From Bacteroidota bacterium (GTDB taxonomy: Bacteria; Bacteroidota; Rhodothermia; Rhodothermales; JAHQVL01), in assembly GCA_039111535.1 (NCBI GenBank), contig JBCCIM010000007.1, forward strand, positions 7,165-71,164: 64,000 nucleotides of DNA, given 5' to 3'. Both the position numbers and the translations under genes were made by a program. A model generated the notes under the pieces. That model had not been told where the DNA came from and did not search any database. It saw nothing but the letters and a program-made list of their open reading frames with translations. Below, one piece after another: positions 55,065 to 64,000 of this stretch (position 1 is its first letter; each line of letters starts with the position of its first letter).

Positions 55065-55982
55065 TCAGCCTGTGCGGGCCAGTTTCTGGCATTTGGGCCG
55101 AATAACGGTTCCGGGCCAATCCAGGTGATCGATGCTCCGCACAAAGACTGGAATTTTTTCCGCCAACAGCGGGTCTAATGCCTTGCTGTGCATCCCCAGT
55201 TTGCCGGCCCGGTTGCTGGCAATTGTATCTTCAAGCACCAGTTCTTCAAACCGGACAGCGTGTTTATCGAGTCTCGGATCTTTGTTGTATATACCGTCAA
55301 CGTCTGTCCACCGCTCCAGCCGTGAAGCCCCCAGGGATGCGGCAATCAGGGCAGCGGAGTAATCACTCCCGCCCCGCCCGAGCGTTGTGGTACGCCCATC
55401 AGGTGCACTGCCAACAAACCCTGTCACAACGGGAATGGCAGCCGTTTCAACCTTGTCGTACCAGGCATTAACCGCTGCCCTTGTCTGTACAAGATCAACA
55501 ACAGCTTCGCCAAAACGATCATCCGTTTTTATCAGTTCCGCTGCATCGGTTGCGCAGCTCGACAGGCCGGCGTCATCAAGTGCAAGCGCAACGATGTGAT
55601 GCGAAAGCCGTTCGCCGGCTGCCAACAAGGCATCTTTTCGCGCTGCACCGCCGCTACGATCAAATACGTCCATCTCCAGTGCTGCCAACAGCTGTTGCAG
55701 TTCAATATTATACAGGCGCTGGGCACGGAGACTCAGCACAGCCGCGGCGTGCAATTGGTGACGTTCCCGAAGCCAATCCAGGTGCGCATGACACACCTCT
55801 GATGGCAACGTTGCATCCGCCAATGCAACCAGCTTATTGGTAACGCCAGACAGGGCTGAAGCTATCACAACAACGCGATGCCGATCTGCAGCCAGGCGCT
55901 GTACAACCTGGATGGCACGACGAAATCGCTCCGGAGATCCAACAGAAGATCCTCCAAATTTAAGTACAACGGGGTGCTTCAT
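55065..55982 (-). CDS. Aspartate kinase, catalytic domain only (no ACT domains)
   Basis: KFGGSSVGS, TLGRGGSDYSA, WTDVDGIY. The ATG at 55982 overlaps the metX stop (ATGA). Only 305 aa. Confidence 0.85.
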   Translation of the reverse strand: MKHPVVLKFGGSSVGSPERFRRAIQVVQRLAADRHRVVVIASALSGVTNKLVALADATLPSEVCHAHLDWLRERHQLHAAAVLSLRAQRLYNIELQQLLAALEMDVFDRSGGAARKDALLAAGERLSHHIVALALDDAGLSSCATDAAELIKTDDRFGEAVVDLVQTRAAVNAWYDKVETAAIPVVTGFVGSAPDGRTTTLGRGGSDYSAALIAASLGASRLERWTDVDGIYNKDPRLDKHAVRFEELVLEDTIASNRAGKLGMHSKALDPLLAEKIPVFVRSIDHLDWPGTVIRPKCQKLARTG

Positions 55983-57127
55983 GATGCGCAAGCTGCTATT
56001 GATTTTGTTGTTTGGTTTGGGTTCACGTGGTCCTTCATCCAGTTGCAAACCAGGATATTTAGCGCTTCGAGTTCTATCAGAAACGCGTCGTGGCCGTGCA
56101 TAGAAGGCAGCAATACAAGGCTGGCCCCTGGTATGTATTGTGCCAGCTCTTCCTGTTCGGGTAGCGAATACAGCACGTCTGATTCGATACCAACAACAAG
56201 CGTTGGCTGTGTCAACTGACCAAGCACATCGGGATACGTACCTCTGCCGCGTGACACGTCGTGGCTGTCCATTTGCAGGGTAAGCTGGACATAGCAGTTT
56301 GCATCAAACCGATCGACAAGCTTGTCACCCTGGTATTGCAGATATGAGTTGACAGACAAGACTTCTTCGCCGGCGCTGTTGGTCATGCGGTTGCGTGCAA
56401 ATCTTTGCCGGAAAGATGGCATCGAGCGATATGAAATCATCGCCATCATTCTGGCAGCAGCCAGGCCGGCCTCGGGTTCGTTGCCGGGGGTGTAATATCC
56501 TTTATTCCATTTAGGATCAGCAAAGATTGCCTGCCGCTGTGCTTCTCCCCATGCAATACACCAGGCCGAATGCCGGCCGCCAACTGCTATGGGTACCAGT
56601 GCGCGAACGAAGTCTTTATAATAGCCCCATTCAAGCACCTGCATTCCTCCCATCGATCCGCCAATCGCCATAGCCAACTGCTGCACACCGAGGTCTTCAA
56701 GCAGCAACTTGTGGATGGCTACTGTATCACGGATTGTAGCTGCGGGAAAATCAGCACTGTACGGCTGGCCCGTTGCAGGATGCGTAGACAAGGGTGATGC
56801 AGAGCCATAAGGTGATCCAAGCACGTTGGCTGCTACTACAAAATAGCGGTCGGTATCCAGCGCTTTGCCAGGCCCGAGCAATCCGCCCCACCAATCATCA
56901 ACATGTGGATCACCGGTCAATGCGTGACAGACCATGATCGCGTTATCGCCGGCAGGATTGAGTTTACCCCAGGTCTTGTATTGCACGGGTGCCTGTTGTA
57001 TAACGGCACCATTTTCAAACTGAAACTCAGGCGCAGTAAAAGTTTGCATTCGATTTGCTCGTTTTACGTCTATCGAACGAAAGGGTAGGCCCGCGGCGTA
57101 CAGTAGGGACGCGGGCAATTCTCCCAC
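55979..57127 (-). CDS. metX: Homoserine O-acetyltransferase
   Basis: Alpha/beta hydrolase with GGSMGGMQVLEW. N-terminal YKTWGKLN...NAIMVCHALTG is typical of MetX. Confidence 0.9.
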   Translation of the reverse strand: MGELPASLLYAAGLPFRSIDVKRANRMQTFTAPEFQFENGAVIQQAPVQYKTWGKLNPAGDNAIMVCHALTGDPHVDDWWGGLLGPGKALDTDRYFVVAANVLGSPYGSASPLSTHPATGQPYSADFPAATIRDTVAIHKLLLEDLGVQQLAMAIGGSMGGMQVLEWGYYKDFVRALVPIAVGGRHSAWCIAWGEAQRQAIFADPKWNKGYYTPGNEPEAGLAAARMMAMISYRSMPSFRQRFARNRMTNSAGEEVLSVNSYLQYQGDKLVDRFDANCYVQLTLQMDSHDVSRGRGTYPDVLGQLTQPTLVVGIESDVLYSLPEQEELAQYIPGASLVLLPSMHGHDAFLIELEALNILVCNWMKDHVNPNQTTKSIAACAS

Positions 57128-57178
57128 GCCCCCGCTGCAACAACCATACAGAAAACCCCAGCATTGATGATCTTGAAC

Positions 57179-58522
<1,344 letters not shown>

Positions 58523-58582
58523 TTAGGGGGTCCTGACCATACATCCAGTGGACTGGCATTACATGCCGGGGAGCGTGGTGTG

Positions 58583-58618
58583 CAAAAAGCGGAAGGGCAT
58601 AAAAAATCCCCTTCACGC
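58583..58618 (-). terminator. Intrinsic terminator of the riboswitch expression platform
   Basis: Minus strand: GCGTGAAGGG gattttttatg CCCTTCCGC followed by TTTTTG, about 80 nt upstream of the metY ATG. Confidence 0.7.
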
Positions 58619-58681
58619 TCAATGCGGAAGAGGCTCATTGGTATACTGGCTTGATAACCAGATCCGGTGGCTTCACTCCCG

Positions 58682-58802
58682 CCCATCTTACCTCTTGTTA
58701 AAAACTGAGGTAGGAAGTGGCACCTTCCCAATCTGAATAAATCAGGGTTGGCGGTTGCCAGGGCTTCGCAGGGCCTATTCCCTCCACCCTTCTGGATGAG
58801 CT
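58682..58802 (-). promoter_or_regulatory. SAM-I (S-box) riboswitch aptamer
   Basis: Minus strand: CTCATCCAGAAGGGTGGAGGGAATAGGCCCTGCGAAGCCCTGGCAACC...GGAAGGTGCCACTTCC-TACCTC(loop)GAGGTA-AGATGGG. This has the conserved GGTGGAGGGA, GGCCC, GAAGCCC, GGCAACC and GGTGC-A-TTCC blocks, and P1 CTCATC/GATGGG. Confidence 0.85.
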
Positions 58803-58966
58803 GTCAGAAACATTGTTTCTTTCTTTACCTACCCCCTTTTTTAAAGCCTGTTCCTGTTGCCACATTATTTTTTTGCCAGCCATAGGCCCTGTCCATATTC
58901 TTTCGGGACCAAATAAATGCAATCTTGCAGATTTTGCCCGATCGGGTGGTCTGACTGCCGGTTGTT

Positions 58967-61249
58967 ATGTATTTTAGAAAAACCGCAACTACATCCCCCA
59001 TCTCTGTGCACATTCCCACATTCCGAGCCGACCTGGTAGTCAAGGTGATCGAAGGCCGCGGGGTTATCATCGTTTCTGAAAAAGACGAAGTAATCCTCCG
59101 GGGGAAAGCTGTTGAACTGGTAGCGGCAGCAATCGACGGAAAAAAAAGCGAGCAGGAGATCCTGGATCTACTCAGCCCAAGCCTGGGGGCACCAGCCATT
59201 CACTTTTGCCTGATAAAACTTGCTGAGGGCGGCTATATCGATACCCATCCCTCATCCATTCCTTTACCCCAGCGCATATTCTGGCAACAAGCCGGCGTTG
59301 ATCCTGCACAGGCTTATCACAAACTGCAACACGCTGCAATTGGCCTCCAGGCCATCGGCGATGTCCCGACTGCAACCATTCGTGAAGCATTACAACGCCT
59401 GGATATAAAAACGGAAGACACCGGCCACTTAAACCTGGTACTTACCGACAACTACCTGTCCCCTGCATTGGCTTACTTGAATGAAACGTTCCTCGCGTCG
59501 CAACAGCCCTGGATGTTGGTTAAGCCTGTTGGTAGCCAGCTGTGGATTGGCCCACTCTTTTACCCACGGACTACGGGTTGCTGGGCGTGTCTGGAATCCA
59601 GACTTGTAGGCCAGCGCCCGTTGTATCAGCTTGCAGCCCATGATGATACAGCGTTGCCGGCGTTGACAGGCGATCGTTTTACGCTGCCCTCACAGGCGCA
59701 GGTAGCGGGTAACCTTGTGGCGATGGAAGTATTAAAATGGTTCGGGAAAGAAGCAGATCACGGTTTGAGCGGTGCTTTGCGCACCTATGATGTCCATACG
59801 AACGAAGCAGTTCTACACCCCCTTACACGCAGACCCCAGTGTCCTGCTTGTGGCAATCCTGCAACCGACACCCAGACATCCGCTGTACTTACGCTGCAAT
59901 CCCAGAAAAAACGTGGACACGCGTCAAACGGATACCGCTTGCAGGAGCCTCGAAAAACGTATGAGGCTTATGCGCACCATATCAGCCCGATCACAGGCAT
60001 CGTCAAACACGTAAGCCAGATCGAGGTGCCGGGCGAACAGGTACATGTATACAGCGCAAGTCACAATATGCGCCCCGTATCCAACCTGCCGGCCGACCTG
60101 CCCTCTCTCATTCGCGACCAAAGTGGCGGGAAAGGCATCACCCGGCAAGCTGCAAAAACCAGCGCCCTGTGCGAGGCACTCGAACGGTTTTCTGGCATTT
60201 ACCAGGGGAATGAATCGCGTATACTGGCCACGTATCGAGAATTGGGAGAAGACGCGATTCATCCGAATGCGTGCATGTTGTTTAGTCCCGACCAGTATGC
60301 CAAAAGAGACGCCTGGCATGCCACCTGTGACCATCCTTTTCAGCATGTGCCCATACCCTTTGAAGCCGATACACCCATTGAATGGACACCGGTATGGTCG
60401 CTGACGCTGCAACGCATCCGCTACTTGCCCACCGCCTACTGTTATTTTAACTACAAAGGCCCCCATCCGGGCTTTTGCAAAGCGGATTCGAATGGCAATG
60501 CATCGGGCAACACACTCGAAGAGGCCGTCTTGCAGGGCTTAAATGAATTGGTAGAGCGCGACAGCGTGAGTATGTGGTGGTACAACAAGCTGAGCCGGCC
60601 GCAGGTAGACATCAGCACCTTTAATGTGCCATACGTTGAGGCCATGCAACGCTACTACAAACACCAAAACCGTGTTTTCTGGGTACTCGACCTGACAACC
60701 GACCTCAACATTCCGACATTCGCGGCCATTTCCAAACGCATAGACCGGCAGCCTGAAGACATCATTTTCGGCTTCGGCACCCACCAGCATGCCCCATCAG
60801 CACTGCAACGCGCCATCGCAGAAATGAACCAGTTGCTGCCTTTTGTTGCAAAGCGAAAACCAGATGGCTCAACCAACTACGCATATGATGGGGCGTTGGA
60901 AATGAAATGGTGGCAACAGGAAACCGTCGCGAAAAACACCTACCTCTTGCCCAATTCTGCTGAACTTCCTCGTACGCGTGCAAACTTCAAGCAGGCATTG
61001 TCTGATGACTTGCTCGACGACATTAACCAGGGTGTAAAACATGTCGGCAGCCTCGGCCTGGAAGTGCTCGTACTCAATCAAACGCGGCCGGATATCGGGC
61101 TACCAACAGTGAAAGTCATTGTACCGGGGCTCCGTATTTTCTGGAAGCGATTGGCCCCCGGCAGGTTGTACGATGTGCCCGTAAAACTCGGCTGGCTGGA
61201 TTCCCCAATACAAGAGCAGGACCTGAACACCTTTCCTTTCTTTCTTTAG
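58967..61249 (+). CDS. Fused RRE (PqqD-like) + E1/ThiF-like docking domain + YcaO cyclodehydratase (TOMM/cyanobactin PatD-type architecture)
   Basis: LWIGPLFYPRTTGCWACLESRL and RRPQCPACGNP (cyclodehydratase C-type domain). GKGITRQAAKTSALCEALERFSG and ADSNGNASGNTLEEAVLQGLNELVERDS (YcaO). Confidence 0.88.
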   Translation: MYFRKTATTSPISVHIPTFRADLVVKVIEGRGVIIVSEKDEVILRGKAVELVAAAIDGKKSEQEILDLLSPSLGAPAIHFCLIKLAEGGYIDTHPSSIPLPQRIFWQQAGVDPAQAYHKLQHAAIGLQAIGDVPTATIREALQRLDIKTEDTGHLNLVLTDNYLSPALAYLNETFLASQQPWMLVKPVGSQLWIGPLFYPRTTGCWACLESRLVGQRPLYQLAAHDDTALPALTGDRFTLPSQAQVAGNLVAMEVLKWFGKEADHGLSGALRTYDVHTNEAVLHPLTRRPQCPACGNPATDTQTSAVLTLQSQKKRGHASNGYRLQEPRKTYEAYAHHISPITGIVKHVSQIEVPGEQVHVYSASHNMRPVSNLPADLPSLIRDQSGGKGITRQAAKTSALCEALERFSGIYQGNESRILATYRELGEDAIHPNACMLFSPDQYAKRDAWHATCDHPFQHVPIPFEADTPIEWTPVWSLTLQRIRYLPTAYCYFNYKGPHPGFCKADSNGNASGNTLEEAVLQGLNELVERDSVSMWWYNKLSRPQVDISTFNVPYVEAMQRYYKHQNRVFWVLDLTTDLNIPTFAAISKRIDRQPEDIIFGFGTHQHAPSALQRAIAEMNQLLPFVAKRKPDGSTNYAYDGALEMKWWQQETVAKNTYLLPNSAELPRTRANFKQALSDDLLDDINQGVKHVGSLGLEVLVLNQTRPDIGLPTVKVIVPGLRIFWKRLAPGRLYDVPVKLGWLDSPIQEQDLNTFPFFL

Positions 61250-61340
61250 GTCCATCATTCAAGTACAAACTTGCAATTACACCAAAAAATAGCGCATTTA
61301 CGTCATGAATAGCAGAGGGCGCGTGCCGTAGAATAGAGGG

Positions 61341-61407
61341 GGACGGTCGTTCATCGCAAAGTTAAATGTGACCCTAATGATGCGGTGTTCGGCCGTTCTA
61401 TTTTTTT
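61341..61407 (+). terminator. Imperfect long hairpin + T-run after the YcaO gene
   Basis: GGACGGTCGTTCATCGC (24-nt loop) GCGGTGTTCGGCCGTTC: 15 of 17 positions pair (including 3 G-U), followed by TATTTTTTT. Confidence 0.5.
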
Positions 61408-61447
61408 GTCCATAAACCACATCTAAGGACAAGGCCACTTCATGCGA

Positions 61448-62083
61448 CTAGCGTCCCTGCCACGTCAAGACATACGCCGGCGGCACATTGGGTAACACTG
61501 CACGGCTCCGATGAAAAGGACCAAACCGGTCATCCATAGCGCGTCTAAATCGAACAGCAGAAGGCAGTGGAAAAGCGTGGACGTATTGAAAGGTTCGGAA
61601 CACACATTGCGGCGTCATCAGGTGCTCAACATCTTCAATGATGTTATTTCGCACATCAGCCAACAGGGTCGCAAAGGGCAAACTCGACACGATCGCTCTC
61701 ACCTCGCCCAGTCCTGAATCTTGGTGGATCTCGCTTGCGTCTTCTGCACTGCCATTTACAAAGTGCATATCGGGAAATCGTCGCTGCAACAATTCAACAA
61801 ATGCCAACTCGCGTTCAATGCCAAGGTAGGCGGCGCCCTCGGGTAACATCAATCGAATTTTATCTGTAAAGGCGCCTGTACCTGGCCCGAGCTCAAGAAG
61901 GGTTTCGCCGGCCTGTAAATCGAGACCTGCTACCATCGCACGTGCAAGCTCTGGCGCGCTGGGCACAATTGCGCCGACGCTGCCTGGATTCCGTAAAAAA
62001 GCGCGCAAGAACTTGAAAAAATGCTGCCGATTTGCCTTTTGATCTGCCTCCAGCACTTCCACAACTGCCTCCAGTTTACCCAT
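61448..62083 (-). CDS. Class I SAM-dependent methyltransferase (phospholipid/rRNA-adenine methyltransferase-like)
   Basis: Motif I LLELGPGTGAFT. 211 aa. Convergent with the YcaO gene. Confidence 0.75.
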   Translation of the reverse strand: MGKLEAVVEVLEADQKANRQHFFKFLRAFLRNPGSVGAIVPSAPELARAMVAGLDLQAGETLLELGPGTGAFTDKIRLMLPEGAAYLGIERELAFVELLQRRFPDMHFVNGSAEDASEIHQDSGLGEVRAIVSSLPFATLLADVRNNIIEDVEHLMTPQCVFRTFQYVHAFPLPSAVRFRRAMDDRFGPFHRSRAVLPNVPPAYVLTWQGR

Positions 62084-62438
62084 GGTATCGCCCTGCTTAA
62101 TCCGTACAATCTGCCTTGTAGATGCTGGCTTTCAAAATTATGATAACACAATTTTACCGATAACAAAACTTGCATTTTATTTATCTACAAATTGAAAAAT
62201 ATGGCAGGCTTAATCCAAAAGTTGCAACACCTTAAATAAGTTGCGCCAATCTCCCATTGTTTGCCTCAGACTGATTGGTTATTTATAGCTCGGTATACCA
62301 CACAAGATAAACAAGTATACACAGGGAATATTGTATCCGGTCAATTCCCTCACCCTGGCAGGTGTATATCATTCTTAGTTTTTTTCATACCACCACACCA
62401 CGTTCCGTGGCTGCTGTGGTTATTTACAAGATTCACAA

Positions 62439-64000
62439 ATGGGTACGAGAGCACTATTTCTAATCGCAGCCAGCCTAATCACCGGCACCGCCCTCATGGT
62501 CGGCATGTCGCGCCAGGCAACAACCAATGACGCTAAGGTTTCAGCATACCAGGAGGATGTATTGCTGAATCAAATTGCCAAATCGGCAGAAAGTCTTGTT
62601 ATTGCGCAAGTCAAACGCGATTTCGATAATGCCCCATCGAACATCAATCACCATAACGTTGCCATGAAAGGCGGCCATTTCAGCGCATCAGCAACGTCAA
62701 ATGGTGCAGATGAGGTTCTGGTTACCGTAACCGCCACCTATGGCGATATGGCACGGCAAATCACAACCACGTTGCAGCGCAGTGGTTCTTCAGGCACGAT
62801 GGATGCAGCTTTGATGATTGATGCACCAAGCGCAAATGTATTGCTGACCGGCTTACAGTATTGCGTGATTGGCACCGATTACAATCCACCTTCTATCGGT
62901 GGTTCCTCACCCGGATTGCATGTTGGAGCTGTTATGGCAACTTCCAGTACCGTTCGCGATCAGATTAGAACAGCTATGGGTGCAACGCAGCACAACAACA
63001 TTATCGGCATCAATGGCCCTGGTGACATCTACCACGACAACTTCGGCCTCGACGTTAACAAAATTTATAATGATGCGATCAGCAATGTATCTGATACGCA
63101 TGATGGCAGCTCAATTTCAGGCGTTTATGGTACTGCCGCTGCGCCGGCCGTACTGCATGTAACCGGTGACGCTATCCTTGCTGGCAATCTCCAGGGCTAC
63201 GGTGTACTCGTTGTCGATGGCGACCTTGATACGGCTGATGGCTCCCTGCAATGGGAAGGTGCAGTTATCGTCAACAAAGAAAGTGACCTGCTCTTTAGAA
63301 TGGACGAATGGTCACGCGTTTTTGGTGGTGTAATCATCATGAATGGTTCGCGGGCCTTTAATATGCCTGGCAACGGCACACTCGACGTGACGTACTACGC
63401 TTCTAGCTCAACAATGAACTCTTCACTGGCAATCAAGCCTGTTGGCCAGAGCGTTGCAACCCTGTTTTCTTCGGGTGCAAACAGCAATAGCGATCAGACA
63501 ACCAGTTGGAGCTCTGTATACGAGCTGGGGCAGCAGGTTAACTTCATGACAGAGACAACACCAGCCACGGGTGATGCATTCCATCGGATGGCGCGCCACA
63601 ACGCACCTGAATATGTAAACCAGCCACACGCAAAGGTTCGTGCATTGGGCAGCGACAGCTGGGAAATTACATTTGAAACCGGCGTGGCAGACATGAGCGC
63701 AAGCGAAGCGATCGAAGCCGGCGTTGAAGAAGCAAACTGGGATTACAGCGACGAGAAAGTTGTGGTCAACTTCGTACCCGACGGCACCGTGCCTCCTGGC
63801 GACAACTCGCCAAATTGGAGCTCTACGTTTACGTACGATACGCCAATGTCAACCAGCGAATCATCTGCGCAGATTGAATTCCATGGCACCGGCACGATCA
63901 TCTACAGCTCGGAAGCCATGGCGCGCCTCGCAAACATCCTTCCTTCCATGAACCAGGATGACACAATTGTGATTGCTGAACGCCACATGGAAAACCTGGA
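62439..64000 (+). CDS. Large secreted/membrane-anchored protein with PilX-N-like hydrophobic N-terminus, 3' end outside window (not in the supplied ORF track)
   Basis: I translated frame 3 codon by codon from the ATG at 62439 to base 63998 with no stop. An in-frame TAG lies at 62376-62378. N-terminus MGTRALFLIAASLITGTALMVGMSRQ. Contains a GYGVLVVDGDL...WEGAVIV...FGGVIIMN pattern. Confidence 0.6.
   Translation, partial: MGTRALFLIAASLITGTALMVGMSRQATTNDAKVSAYQEDVLLNQIAKSAESLVIAQVKRDFDNAPSNINHHNVAMKGGHFSASATSNGADEVLVTVTATYGDMARQITTTLQRSGSSGTMDAALMIDAPSANVLLTGLQYCVIGTDYNPPSIGGSSPGLHVGAVMATSSTVRDQIRTAMGATQHNNIIGINGPGDIYHDNFGLDVNKIYNDAISNVSDTHDGSSISGVYGTAAAPAVLHVTGDAILAGNLQGYGVLVVDGDLDTADGSLQWEGAVIVNKESDLLFRMDEWSRVFGGVIIMNGSRAFNMPGNGTLDVTYYASSSTMNSSLAIKPVGQSVATLFSSGANSNSDQTTSWSSVYELGQQVNFMTETTPATGDAFHRMARHNAPEYVNQPHAKVRALGSDSWEITFETGVADMSASEAIEAGVEEANWDYSDEKVVVNFVPDGTVPPGDNSPNWSSTFTYDTPMSTSESSAQIEFHGTGTIIYSSEAMARLANILPSMNQDDTIVIAERHMENL

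Noticed and set aside
58548-58922. ORFs 58548-58736(+), 58498-58731(-) and 58698-58922(-) in the metY leader.
   Set aside because: The region is accounted for by the SAM-I riboswitch, its terminator and the divergent promoter region.
61377-61415. A 12-codon ORF MMRCSAVLFFCP just downstream of the YcaO gene, considered as a possible precursor peptide. Also MNSRGRVP at 61306.
   Set aside because: Too short to carry a leader for an RRE-dependent enzyme. It is built from the 3' arm and T-run of the putative YcaO terminator hairpin.

Overview
Gene-dense chromosomal segment with about 50 protein genes, 1 tRNA and 1 riboswitch. It looks like a marine FCB-group bacterium (Bacteroidota/Rhodothermota/Balneolota-like). 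That guess is an inference from a T9SS C-terminal sorting domain, many lipoprotein signals and sulfatase-rich content. I saw no rRNA, CRISPR array, transposase, integrase or phage genes. Main blocks: (1) 1-9.6 kb: mixed housekeeping genes (FMN alpha-hydroxyacid dehydrogenase, TIM-barrel isomerase, an AT-rich membrane gene, two tandem paralogous membrane proteins, HIT, methyltransferase, hemE, lipase). (2) 9.7-18.6 kb: a PSCyt/PSD1 (DUF1549/DUF1553) + DUF1501 pair bracketed by two paralogous lipoproteins that have a Cys-less transglutaminase-like core and a C-terminal SPOR domain. (3) 21.3-31.3 kb: an HD phosphohydrolase-HDAC pair, a tryptophanase/TPL-family lyase, two Cys-type sulfatases, and a hybrid histidine kinase whose membrane N-terminus resembles the plant ethylene-binding domain. 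(4) 33.5-45.1 kb: one ~9-kb minus-strand gene string (rhamnose-mutarotase-like / PSD1+LamG / DUF1501 / sulfatase / FAH-family hydrolase / aldehyde dehydrogenase), with a T9SS LamG-LTD protein upstream of it. (5) 45.3-49.1 kb: a tandem-PDZ protein plus two ABC-2 permeases with no ATPase. (6) 49.1-53.3 kb: secreted hypotheticals, a VOC protein, an ECF sigma factor and tRNA-Gly(GCC). (7) 53.4-58.8 kb: a SAM-I-riboswitch-controlled metY-metX-aspartokinase(ACT-less)-asd-GNAT operon. (8) 59.0-64.0 kb: an orphan fused RRE/E1-like/YcaO cyclodehydratase (a RiPP-type enzyme with no visible cluster), a methyltransferase, and a >520-codon PilX-like ORF that is missing from the ORF track and runs off the right edge. 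All family names come from motif recognition by eye. No database search or folding program was run.
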